From an uncultured Methylomirabilota bacterium (GTDB lineage: Bacteria > Methylomirabilota > Methylomirabilia > Methylomirabilales > 2-02-FULL-66-22), in NCBI GenBank assembly GCA_963845565.1, contig CAWJSJ010000005.1:832001-896000 (forward strand): a DNA stretch of 64,000 bases, written 5' to 3'. The position numbers and the translations under genes were made by a program. The notes below the pieces were generated by a model. The model saw only the letters and a program-made list of their open reading frames with translations, ran no database searches and was not told the DNA's origin. Each line of letters starts with the position of its first letter. Positions within the stretch are counted from its first letter, which is position 1. Of this stretch, positions 9,897-19,680 are shown piece after piece.

Positions 9897-10378
9897 CGCG
9901 CGCCTCCCGGTGTGATCGGCATCGCACCGGAAGCGACGCGGACGCTGCGAACCAGGTTGACGGCCAGGTACCAGAGCATCAGGAGGCCGGCCAGGAAGAT
10001 GACGAGGTAGATATAACCGATACGAAGCCACTCCAGCGTCGGGGCACGTGTGGTCCAGTTCATCTGGGTGTTTGTCCAGGCCCCCTGCGTCATGACCGCG
10101 ATGAAGGGGAGGGCGAGCAGGGCGATCACCGCCTTCAGCAGGGCGGCTGGACGCCCGGTCAGTCGGTCGGTGAGGATGCCGACCCGGATGTGCTCGTCGT
10201 CCCGGATCAGCGGAGCGGCGCCAATAAAGACGAGACAGACATAGAGAAACCGTGCCAATTCCTCGGACCAGACGGACGACATGCCGATGACCACCCGAGC
10301 CACCACCTGAAAGAGCGTCACCACAAACATGACCGCCAGGAGAACCGCGCAGAGCCGTTCGATCTGTGTCTTCATCAC
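9893..10378 (-). CDS. dctQ: TRAP transporter small permease (copy 1)
   Basis: QVVAR, WSEELAR, HIRV motifs; four TM segments. Confidence 0.9.
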   Translation of the reverse strand: MMKTQIERLCAVLLAVMFVVTLFQVVARVVIGMSSVWSEELARFLYVCLVFIGAAPLIRDDEHIRVGILTDRLTGRPAALLKAVIALLALPFIAVMTQGAWTNTQMNWTTRAPTLEWLRIGYIYLVIFLAGLLMLWYLAVNLVRSVRVASGAMPITPGGAR

Positions 10379-10399
10379 ACCCCCGCCCCGGAATACAGT

Positions 10400-10437
10400 G
10401 GACGCCCGGCGGGTAGATCCTCTCCCGCCGGGCGTCC
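10400..10437 (-). other. GC-rich stem-loop between dctP and dctQ (mRNA stabiliser or attenuator)
   Basis: GGACGCCCGGCGGG/CCCGCCGGGCGTCC perfect inverted repeat. Confidence 0.7.
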
Positions 10438-10465
10438 TCGGTTGCCCGGCAATCCCACGCGACCC

Positions 10466-11449
10466 CTACTTGATGGCCAGCACCTTCTCCAGCATTCCGG
10501 GCGCCCAGAAGGTCTTATTCAACTCCTGGAGGGCCGGCTGAACGGCCGCCTGGAAGGCGGCTACGTCCGGCTTGACCAAGGTCATTCCCTTGGCCTGGAG
10601 GTCACCGAGGAGCTTGTTGTCGAACTCCACGGCCTGCTTGTTGGCGTACTCCGTCGCGTCCTTCCAGGCAGTCAGGATGAGCTTTTGCTGGTCGGCGTTC
10701 AGTTGGTCGAACCACTTCTTGGAGATCTGATACTTGCAGGCGGAAAAGACGTGCTGGGTCGCGATCAGGTACTTCTGGGCCTCGTAGAACTTGTAGGCCC
10801 AGATGGACTCCATTGGGTTCTCCTGCGCCTCGGCAACGCCGGTCTTCAGGGCCATGTACACCTCAGGGAACGCCACGACCACGGGCAGTGCGCCCAGCGT
10901 TTCCCAGATCTTGATCCAAACCTTGTTCTCGGGCAGACGGATCTTCAGACCTTTGAGTTCGGCGAGGGTCTTGATCGGCTTGTTCGCCGTCAGGTACCTG
11001 GCGCCGCGGTAAACCACACCCGCCGTCATGACGCCCCGCTCCTTGAGGGAGAGATCGTTGATCTCCTTGCCGACAGGGCCATTCCAAAATTTCCAGAAAT
11101 GATCCGAGTCGCGCATCACGTAGGGAACTTCGAAGACCTGGTATTTCGGAAAGAAGATCGACGTGTCTCCGGAGCCCATGGCGCCCATCTCCAGGCCGCC
11201 GGAGCTCATGCCCTCGAAGACATCGCGTTCGCCGCCCATGGCGCCACCCACGTGGATCTGGACCTGGAACTGACCATTGCTGCGTTGCTCGACCAACTCC
11301 TTGAACTTCACCTGACCGAAGTGGACCGGGGCGTCGGGCCCGTAGGTGGACCCGATGTTGATCTTCATCCCCGCCGCCGCGGGCAGCGCGATCAGCGCAA
11401 TCCCGAGCACGGCCACGCAGAACGCCACCACTCCCATCCGTCGCTTCAT
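10466..11449 (-). CDS. dctP: TRAP substrate-binding protein (copy 1)
   Basis: Signal peptide; GGERD, LKGLKIR, EVYMALKTGVAEAQENP; AGGAGG RBS. Confidence 0.95.
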   Translation of the reverse strand: MKRRMGVVAFCVAVLGIALIALPAAAGMKINIGSTYGPDAPVHFGQVKFKELVEQRSNGQFQVQIHVGGAMGGERDVFEGMSSGGLEMGAMGSGDTSIFFPKYQVFEVPYVMRDSDHFWKFWNGPVGKEINDLSLKERGVMTAGVVYRGARYLTANKPIKTLAELKGLKIRLPENKVWIKIWETLGALPVVVAFPEVYMALKTGVAEAQENPMESIWAYKFYEAQKYLIATQHVFSACKYQISKKWFDQLNADQQKLILTAWKDATEYANKQAVEFDNKLLGDLQAKGMTLVKPDVAAFQAAVQPALQELNKTFWAPGMLEKVLAIK

Positions 11450-11543
11450 GGTCACACCTCCTTGGTTGAGCGGGTAGCCTGCCGCGCAGGTCGGGGCGGC
11501 CAGGCCATGGGCATTGCGGTGAGACAAGATCGAGCGTGCGGGA

Positions 11544-11572
11544 AAGCTATCCAAGCGCTCGTCACTTGTCAA
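11544..11572 (-). promoter_or_regulatory. sigma70 promoter of dctP copy 1
   Basis: TTGACA-N17-TAGCTT on the minus strand; same hexamers upstream of copy 2. Confidence 0.75.
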
Positions 11573-11826
11573 GGAGGTTCACAGCGGTATTCGGTCTTGG
11601 TCGGCGGGAAGTACAAGGATTTCTGCCGGTTGCCCTCCTGGGGGGCATCCAGCAACGACGCACAGGTCGGGAGGGGCCACGCAGGCCGTGTCGCCGCGGG
11701 AACACCGGCAGAATCGCCGCACCACCGTGGCGTCAGACTCCGACCTCCTCGCGCATCTGCTGGATGATCTGCTGTCCGTTCCAGGTGGGGTGTGCCGGGA
11801 CGAACTGACGTCCGGTGACGTCTGAT

Positions 11827-13117
11827 TTACTTGCCCATGACAAGAGTCGGCAGCCAGGTGACCAGCGGGCGGGAAGAAGGTGATCAGCACCAGGACCGCA
11901 AGAAGCGGGACAAGGAATGGCACGGTGGCCCGGACGACCCGCTCGAAGGGCAAGCGCGAGACCCCGGCCATGACAAAGAGGACGACGCCGAAGGGCGGGG
12001 TCAGGAGGCCGATCATCAGATTGAGCACCATGACCAGGCCGAAATGGAGCGGGTCGATGCCCACCTTGGCGATGACCGGCATGAGCATGGGAGTGAGGAT
12101 CAGGATGGCCACCACGGTTTCCATGAAGCAGCCGATGACCAGCAGGAAGATGTTGAGGAGGATGAGCAGGACGATGGGATCGCTGGTCATCTGGGTGATG
12201 CCGGCGGTGACCTTGATGGTCAGACCGGTGCGCAGGAGCAGCCAGCCGAAGAAGTTGGCCGCGCAGATGATGATGCCGATGGCGGCGGTCTCTCTCGCCG
12301 TATCGATGAAGATTTGGCCCAGGTCCTTCAGGCGGATTTCCTTGTAGATGATCACTCCCAGCACAAAGGCGTACGCCACGGCGACGGCGGCCGCCTCGGT
12401 GGGGGTGAACTGCCCGGACCAGATGCCGCCCAGCAGGATGATCGGGGTGAGAATGGGCAGAAAAGCGTGGGTGAACCCTTTGACCAATTCCCGAAAACCC
12501 GGGAAGGGGGTGCGGGGGTATCTGTTGCGCCGGGCGTAGAGGGCCACCATGATCATCAGGGCGACGGTCATGATCAGGCCGGGGACCACCCCGCCCAGGA
12601 AGAGCCGGCCCACGGAGACCTCGGCCACCAGCCCGAAGATGACCATGGGGATGCTGGGCGGGAAGATGGGACCGATGGTCGAGGAGGCGGCGGTGATGGC
12701 GACGCTGAAGTCGTCGTCGTAGCCTTCGTCCTTCATGGCCTTCAATTCCACCTGGCCGAGGCCGGCCGCGTCGGCCACGGCCGCGCCGGACATGCCGGCG
12801 AAGATCAGGCTGGCCACGACGTTGGCGTGTCCCAGGCCGCCGGGCAGGAAGCCGACCAGCAGGCGGGCGAAGTTGAAGAGCCGGTTGGTGATGCCGGCGG
12901 TGTTCATCAGCTTGGCGGCCAGGATGAACAGGGGGATGGCCAGGAGCAGGAAGTTATTGACTCCGTATTGCATCCGCTGGGACAGCATGGGGATGTTCAC
13001 CCGGCTGCCCATCTCGTTGAAATAGGCCAGCAGGCCGGCCACGCCCAGCGAGTAGCCCACAGGTATGCCCAGCACGAAGAGGATGATCATCCCGGCGGTG
13101 ACGATGAAAGTAGTCAT
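11827..13117 (-). CDS. dctM: TRAP transporter large permease (copy 2); frameshift ~11865
   Basis: Paralog of 8610..9896; removing one C restores the PPLVTWLPTLVMGK* ending. Confidence 0.9.
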
Positions 13118-13132
13118 AAGGTCAACCTCCGA

Positions 13133-13604
13133 TCAATTGGCCCGGCTGACGCGGAAGCGGCCGGGGAAAAGGGTGCGGACCATGTTGAGCAGAAGGTAAT
13201 AGAGGGTCAGTATTCCGCTGATCACCAGGCCCAGATAGAGGTAGGACAGCCGGAACCAGGGCATACTCGGGGCGTAGAACTCCCAGCTGTTGAGGACGTT
13301 GATCCAGGAACTCCAGACGAAGAACACCCCGAAGGCGACCAGGACCAGCTGGACGAACAGCCGTGTGCCATCGGGCCAGCCAGGCGGGAAGGCGGTCGGA
13401 CAGGATGCTGATGCGAATGTGGTCTTCGCTTTCCATCAGCGTCGCCGAACCAAGGAAGACGATGGAAACGAAGAGGATCTTGGCCAGCTCCTCGGTCCAC
13501 ATGGCGGTGGTGAAGAAGACGTTTCTGGCCAGGACCTGGTAGAACGTGGCCAGAAACATCACGATGAGCAGCGCCCCGTTGAGGCGGTCAACCCACTTTT
13601 TCAT
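13133..13604 (-). CDS. dctQ: TRAP transporter small permease (copy 2); frameshift ~13365
   Basis: QVLAR, WTEELAK, HIRI; C-terminal half in ORF 13133..13327. Confidence 0.85.
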
Positions 13605-13617
13605 GCGCGTTTTCTCC

Positions 13618-13662
13618 GAAGACAGCCCCGTCCGGTTAATAAACCGGGGCGGGGCTGTCTTC
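13618..13662 (-). other. stem-loop between dctP2 and dctQ2
   Basis: GAAGACAGCCCCG...CGGGGCTGTCTTC inverted repeat. Confidence 0.7.
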
Positions 13663-13685
13663 ATCGTGTTATGCGGAGCAGAGGA

Positions 13686-14674
13686 TTACTTGATGTCGCG
13701 GACTTTCTCGAGCAGGCCGGGCTCGAACACTTCCTTGTCCAGCTTGTCCATGGCCGGCTCCACCGCCTTCGCAAAAGCCGCCTTGTCCACCTCGACCATG
13801 GTCATGCCGCCTTCCTTCTGGAGTTTGGCGGTATAATCCTTGTCGGCGGCCACGGCCATCTCGTTGGCGTACTTGGCGGCGTCTTCCCAGGCCTTGATGA
13901 TGAGATCCTGCTGGTCCTTCTTCAGCGTGTTGAACCACTTCATGGAGATCTGGTACTTGCAGGCCGAATAGATGTGCTCGGTCCGCATCATGTACTTCTG
14001 GGCCTCGTAGAACTTGAGGGACCAGATCGACTCCGGCGGGTTCTCCTGGGAGTCCACGACGCCGGTCTTCAGGGCCATGTAGACTTCCTGGAAGGGGACC
14101 GGGGTGGGCAGGGCGCCCAGCGATTTCCAGACTTCCATCCAGGGCATGATCTCCGGCAGGCGGAGCTTGAGGCCCTTGACGTCGGCCGGGGTCTTGACGG
14201 GCCGGTTGGCGGTCAGGAGGCGGGGGCCGCGATAGACGATGCCCACGGTCTTGACGCCCTTCTGCTTCAGCGGCACGTCGTTGATGTACTGGCCCGAGCG
14301 GGCCGTTCCAGAACTTCCAGAAGTGGTCATATGTCCTTCATGACATAGGGCACCTCGAAGACCAGGTACTTGGGGAAGAAGATCGAGATGTCGCCCGAGC
14401 CCATGGCGCCCATCTCCAGGCCGCCGGTGCTCATCGCTTCGAAGACGTCCCGCTCTCCGCCCATGGCGCCGAGGGGATGGACGAAGACCTCGATCTCGCC
14501 CTTGGAGCGCTGTTCGACCAGCTCCTTGAACTTCTCCTGGCCCTTGTAGACCGGCGCGCCAGGGCCGAAGGTTGAGCCGACATTGATTTTCATCCCGGCC
14601 GTTGCCGGCACGACCGTCAAGGCCACGCCGAGCAAGGCGATACCGCACACCGCCATCCACAACCGTGACTTCAT
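13686..14674 (-). CDS. dctP: TRAP substrate-binding protein (copy 2); 2 frameshifts (~14332, ~14293)
   Basis: Paralog of 10466..11449 (FEVPYVM, DHFWKFWNGP, EVYMALKTGVVDSQENP). Confidence 0.9.
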
Positions 14675-14766
14675 AACCGCACCTCCTTGGGTGAAAGTGA
14701 GTCGCCTGCCGCTGGAAAGGGATGAGCAGGCCGCCAACGCACGCCAGGCAGGATCAAGGTGGGGCA

Positions 14767-14795
14767 AAGCTACCGAAGGCGCTCGCCATTGTCAA
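14767..14795 (-). promoter_or_regulatory. sigma70 promoter of dctP copy 2
   Basis: TTGACA-N17-TAGCTT on the minus strand. Confidence 0.75.
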
Positions 14796-15021
14796 GCGGG
14801 CGATGCATACGGCGGATACCTTGCGTGGCCAAGGGCACAAGTGAATGGTCTGGGACGAACGGTTGTGCCACCGGGCAAGGATAGTGCTGAGAGGTAGTCG
14901 TTGACACCGGGCCTGGTCGGTGCCCGCTTGATGGACTATACTTCCGCGGGGCAAGGGGGAGTGCCAGGTGAATGCGACTGTGTTGGGGGAGCATGGCGTT
15001 TCAGAATTGGCGGGAGGAGTG

Positions 15022-16164
15022 ATGCGTTATCGTCCATTTGGCACGACCGACTTCCAGGTGTCCGCCCTCGGTTTCGGGGCGATGCGATTGCCGCAGCGGA
15101 GCGCCGATCCCGCGGACATTGACGAAGTCGAGGCCATCCGCATGATTCGCACCGCCATCGACGCGGGCGTGAACTACGTGGACACCGCGTACCCCTACCA
15201 TGGCGGGCGGAGCGAGGTCGCCGTCGGGAAGGCGCTCCGGGACGGCTATCGACCCCGGGTCAGGCTGGCGACCAAGTTGCCGTCATGGCTCGTCAAGACT
15301 GCCGAGGACTTCGACCGACTCCTCCGCGAGCAGCTTGAGCGGCTGGGGACGGACCGTGTTGACATCTATCTCCTGCACTCGCTCAATGCGAGCCACTGGC
15401 CACGTCTGAGGGATCTCGGCATCCTGGAACGGGCCGACCAGGCGCTTCGCGACGGACGGATCGGCGCCCTGGGCTTCTCGTTTCACGATGGACTGCCGCT
15501 CTTCACCGCGATCGTGGACGCCTACCCGTGGTCCGTCTGCCAGATCCAGTACAATTTCATGGATGTCGCCTATCAGGCCGGCCGGGAGGGATTGGGATAC
15601 GCGGCCGCTCGTGGCATCCCCGTAGTGGTGATGGAGCCGCTTCGTGGCGGCCAGCTTGCCCAGCCCCTGCCGCCAGCGGTGGCGGAGGTCTGGAGCCGGT
15701 CCGGGTCCCCCACGACCCACGTGGACCGAGCCCTGCAGTGGCTCTGGGATCAGCCCGAGGTGGCCACGGTGCTCAGCGGAATGAGCACGCTCGAGCAGGT
15801 GCGGCAGAACCTCGCGAGCGCCGCGCGCAGCCGGTCGAACAGCTTGTCCGATACGGAACGCGCCCTCTATTTGGAAGCCAAGGCGGCTTACGAGGGCCTC
15901 AAGCCTATCCCGTGCACCCAGTGCAAGTACTGTGTGCCGTGCCCGCACGGCGTGGATGTGCCTCGGAATTTCCAGCTGTACAACGAGGCCATCGTCTACG
16001 GGCACCTCGCCGGGACCCGGCGCGCGTACCGCCTCTTCTTCCCCGAGGCGCAGCACGCCGACCGATGCCTCGCCTGCGGCGAGTGCGAGTCGAAATGCCC
16101 GCAGCACATCCCCATCCGCGAATGGCTCGCCAAGGTGGATCCCCTGCTGGGCGAAACGGCTTGA
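15022..16164 (+). CDS. aldo/keto reductase with C-terminal 4Fe-4S dicluster domain
   Basis: SALGFGAMRLP, YVDTAYPYH, LATKL, CTQCKYCVPCP and CLACGECESKCP. Confidence 0.9.
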   Translation: MRYRPFGTTDFQVSALGFGAMRLPQRSADPADIDEVEAIRMIRTAIDAGVNYVDTAYPYHGGRSEVAVGKALRDGYRPRVRLATKLPSWLVKTAEDFDRLLREQLERLGTDRVDIYLLHSLNASHWPRLRDLGILERADQALRDGRIGALGFSFHDGLPLFTAIVDAYPWSVCQIQYNFMDVAYQAGREGLGYAAARGIPVVVMEPLRGGQLAQPLPPAVAEVWSRSGSPTTHVDRALQWLWDQPEVATVLSGMSTLEQVRQNLASAARSRSNSLSDTERALYLEAKAAYEGLKPIPCTQCKYCVPCPHGVDVPRNFQLYNEAIVYGHLAGTRRAYRLFFPEAQHADRCLACGECESKCPQHIPIREWLAKVDPLLGETA

Positions 16165-16368
16165 CGTCGACCTCCCGAGAAGCCCCCCACAATTCGGATC
16201 TCGATTGAGGAGGAGATCTGCGTTCGGTTCGGCAGCTGTGAACGCGCGGCATCACGACCTCGCCCCCGCTTTTCGTTTTGACAGGCGGGGTGTCCTATGG
16301 TACCCATTCGCCACGTACCATGACGATTGAAGGACTCGGGGGTCCTCGTCCAGGGAAGCCCAACGCGG

Positions 16369-17627
16369 ATGCACCACTTTCAACATCGAGGCGACGATCT
16401 TTACTGCGAGGATGTCCCGGTTGCGCGCATCGCGGCCGAGGTCGGCACGCCGGTTTACATCTATAGTCATGCCACGCTGACCAGGCATTTCCGGGCGCTG
16501 GACGAGGCCTTCGCTCCGGTCCCGCATCTTGTGTGCTTCGCCCTGAAGGCCAACGCCAATCTGGCGGTGCTGAAGCTCTTTTCGGACCTCGGGGGCGGCC
16601 TGGATGTGGTGTCCGGGGGCGAACTGTTCCGCGGGCTCGCCGCCGGCGTCCCCCCGCAGCGGATCGTGTACGCGGGCGTGGGGAAGACCCGCGAGGAGAT
16701 CGCGTACGCCCTCAAATCTGACATCCTCATGTTCAACGTGGAGTCGGGTCAGGAATTGCGCTGCATCAGCGAGCTCGCCGCGGAACTGGGGCGAACGGCG
16801 CGTGTGGCCCTGCGAGTCAATCCGGACGTGGACCCCAAGACGCATCCGTACATCGCGACCGGACTGAGGCAGAGCAAGTTCGGCATCGACATCGGGCAAG
16901 CGCTGGCGGAGTACCAGTCGGTCAAGCACCTGCCGGCGCTGGAGTGGTGGGTGTCCACCAGCACATCGGTTCCCAGATCACAGAGATCCAGCCCTTCGTC
17001 GATTCGCTCACCCGGACGGCGGACTTGGTCCGGCAGTTACGAGAGCAGGGCGCCGACATCCGCTACATCGACGTCGGTGGGGGGCTGGGGATCACGTACA
17101 ACGAGGAGACCCCGCCCCTGCCCGCGGAGTTCGCGCAGGCGCTGATCGGCGTGGTGCGCGGTCTCGGCGTCACGGTAATTCTGGAGCCAGGACGGGTCCT
17201 GGTCGGCAACGCCGGAATCCTGGTGACCCGTGTCCTCTATACGAAGCAGTCGCCGGTGAAGAACTTCGTGGTGGTGGATGCGGGAATGAACGACCTCGTG
17301 CGGCCGAGTCTCTACGGCGCGTATCACGCTATCTGGCGGGTCCACCGGGTGCCGGGACGGGACGAGGTGACCGTCGACGTGGTGGGACCCATCTGCGAGT
17401 CGGGAGACTTCCTGGCCAAGGACCGGGTGCTGGCTCGCTTCGAGCCGGGGGAGCTGATGGCGGTGATGTCGGCGGGCGCCTACGGACACACCATGTCCTC
17501 GAACTACAACGCGCGCCCCCGGCTGCCCGAGGTGATGGTGCACGGCGACCGGTACACGGTGATTCGCCAGCGCGAGACGTATGCGGACTTGATCCGCGGG
17601 GAGCGTACGCTCGAGGGTGTCGGCTGA
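16369..17627 (+). CDS. lysA: diaminopimelate decarboxylase; frameshift ~16945
   Basis: FALKAN, DVVSGGEL, SKFG, HIGSQ, DVGGG, EPGR, GPICESGD, GAYG..MSSNYN. Confidence 0.95.
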
Positions 17628-17700
17628 ATTTCCGGGCTGGAAGGGGACGCGATCCGTCTGGGGTCCGGCTCGAGCAGCCCATTGCGTGGGAGGTGCGGTG

Positions 17701-18585
17701 ATGGCAAAGCGGATGTTCCAAGGATCGATCGTGGCGTTGGTGACTCCCTTCCGGGACGGCAAGGTGGACGAGGCCGCCCTGAAGGCCTTGGTGGAATTCC
17801 AGATCGCCGGTGGGACGGATGGGATCGTCCCGTGCGGGACGACGGGGGAGTCCCCGACCCTGGATCACGACGAGCACAAGCGGGTGATCGACATCGTGAT
17901 CCAGGCAGTCAACAAGCGCGTTCCCGTGATCGCCGGGACCGGCTCCAACAGCACGGCCGAGGCCGTGAGCCTCACGAAGCACGCCAAGCACGCCGGGGCC
18001 GACGGGGCCCTCATCGTGCTCCCCTACTATAATAAGCCGACCCAGCGGGGGATGATCGAGCACTGCCGGGCCATCGCGGACGCCGCCGGCCTGCCGTTGG
18101 TGCTTTACAACATCCCCGGCCGCACGGGCGTGAACATGCTGCCGGAGACGGTGGCGCAGCTCGCCGACCATCCCAACATCGTGGGGATGAAAGAGGCGAC
18201 GGGGAATCTCGAGCAGATGACGCAGGACATCGTCCTCTGCGGCGACAAGCTCAGCTTTCTGTCCGGCGACGATACGCTGACGCTCCCCCTGATGTCCGTG
18301 GGGGGACGCGGCATCATCTCCGTGGTGGCCAACATCGTGCCGAAGGACGTCTCCGACATGACGCGCGCCTTCCTGAGCGGGGACTGGAAGCGGGCGCGGG
18401 AGCTGCATCTCAAGCTGTTCACGCTGTCGCAGGCCATGTTCATCGAGACGAATCCCATCCCGGTCAAGACGGCCCTGGCGATGATGGGGAAGATCCGGGA
18501 GGAGTTCCGGCTGCCGCTCTGCGCCATGACCGACGCGAACCGGAAGAAGCTGGAGGCGGCGCTGAAGAGCTACGGTCTGATTTAA
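17701..18585 (+). CDS. dapA: 4-hydroxy-tetrahydrodipicolinate synthase
   Basis: GTTGES, YYNKP, LYNIPGRT, GMKEA, ETNPIPVK. Confidence 0.97.
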   Translation: MAKRMFQGSIVALVTPFRDGKVDEAALKALVEFQIAGGTDGIVPCGTTGESPTLDHDEHKRVIDIVIQAVNKRVPVIAGTGSNSTAEAVSLTKHAKHAGADGALIVLPYYNKPTQRGMIEHCRAIADAAGLPLVLYNIPGRTGVNMLPETVAQLADHPNIVGMKEATGNLEQMTQDIVLCGDKLSFLSGDDTLTLPLMSVGGRGIISVVANIVPKDVSDMTRAFLSGDWKRARELHLKLFTLSQAMFIETNPIPVKTALAMMGKIREEFRLPLCAMTDANRKKLEAALKSYGLI

Positions 18586-18760
18586 CAGGCTGTTGAAAAA
18601 GGCCCATCTGCGGCGTTGGCGCTTGCTCGGGCACTCGCTGCGGCGTACCTGGAGTACGCCTGGACCCACCTTCGGTGGGTACCCCGCCCTTCGCGCGCCG
18701 CCTTGCATCTGGACCTTTTTGACCAGCCTGGGTGGGAACGGGTTTCTCGGTCCCCTGCTG
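18586..18760 (+). mobile_element. repeat family A (MITE-like), copy 2
   Basis: CAGGCTGTTGAAAAAGG...CCTTTTTGACCAGCCTG; starts directly after the dapA TAA. Confidence 0.85.
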
Positions 18761-18831
18761 GGACTGGCAGGGACAGGGAGGTGGTTCGCTGTCGCTGTCG
18801 GAGATCGCTGTCGAAACAGAGGAGGCTGGCC

Positions 18832-19641
18832 GTGATCAAGGCGGTGGTTGCTGGGGCGGCGGGACGCATGGGGAAGCGATTGGTCGCGCTGCTGCACGAG
18901 AGCCCCGAGTTCGAGGTGGTGGGCGCCTTCGAGCGACCGGGCCATCCGCAACTCGGACAGGATGCGGGGACGGTCGCCGGCGTCGGGCCGCTGGGGATCC
19001 GCATTGCGGATGCGCCCGGGGCGGCGCTGAAGGACGCACAGGTCCTGCTGGATTTCACGGCGCCCGCGGCCACCATGCAGAACCTCGAGGCGGCGAGCCG
19101 AGCCGGGGTTGCCATGGTCATCGGCACGACCGGCATCGGAGAGGCGGACCTGGCCCGCATCCCGGAGTTCTGTCGCAGGATTCCCTGCGTGCGCTCGCCC
19201 AGCATGAGCGTTGCGGTCAACGCCGTGTTCGGGACGCTCGCGCAGATGGCGCGGATCCTGGGCGACGCATACGATGTCGAGATCATCGAGGCGCATCATC
19301 ACTTCAAGAAGGACGCGCCGAGCGGCACGGCGGAGCGGATGGCCGAGGTGATCGCGCATGCGCTCGGCCGAGATCTGAAGACCGTCGGGATTTACGGACG
19401 GCACGGCATGGTGGGCGAACGCGGGTCCAAGGAGATCGGCGTTCACGCGATCCGGGCCGGGGACATCGTGGGGGAACACACGGTGCTGTTCGGGGGCATC
19501 GGGGAGCGGATCGAAGTGACGGTTCGGTCGCAGAGCCGCGACAGTTACGTGCAGGGCGCACTCCGGGCTGCATCCTGGGTGGTCGGCAAGGCGCCCGGTC
19601 TCTACGGTATGGGGGACGTCTTGGGTTTGCCACCGGCGTGA
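18832..19641 (+). CDS. dapB: 4-hydroxy-tetrahydrodipicolinate reductase
   Basis: GAAGRMG, DFT, GTTG, EAHHHFKKDAPSGTA; GGAGG RBS. Confidence 0.97.
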   Translation: MIKAVVAGAAGRMGKRLVALLHESPEFEVVGAFERPGHPQLGQDAGTVAGVGPLGIRIADAPGAALKDAQVLLDFTAPAATMQNLEAASRAGVAMVIGTTGIGEADLARIPEFCRRIPCVRSPSMSVAVNAVFGTLAQMARILGDAYDVEIIEAHHHFKKDAPSGTAERMAEVIAHALGRDLKTVGIYGRHGMVGERGSKEIGVHAIRAGDIVGEHTVLFGGIGERIEVTVRSQSRDSYVQGALRAASWVVGKAPGLYGMGDVLGLPPA

Positions 19642-19680
19642 GCGGCATCGTCGGCTCACCTTGCGAAGAACGAGGGCCAC

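Noticed and set aside
16165..16368. Lysine riboswitch or leader upstream of lysA
   Set aside because: No recognisable L-box core or terminator; only a TTGACA with a weak -10.
16940..16950. Programmed frameshifting in lysA or the other broken genes
   Set aside because: No shared slippery heptamer or stimulatory structure; scattered indels are better explained by sequencing error.
18593..18835. Small ORFs derived from family A repeats (e.g. MKKAHLRRW..., MLKNPLLVRLLKKVQMQGG...)
   Set aside because: Translations of the palindromic element recur at each copy; there is no independent evidence of coding.
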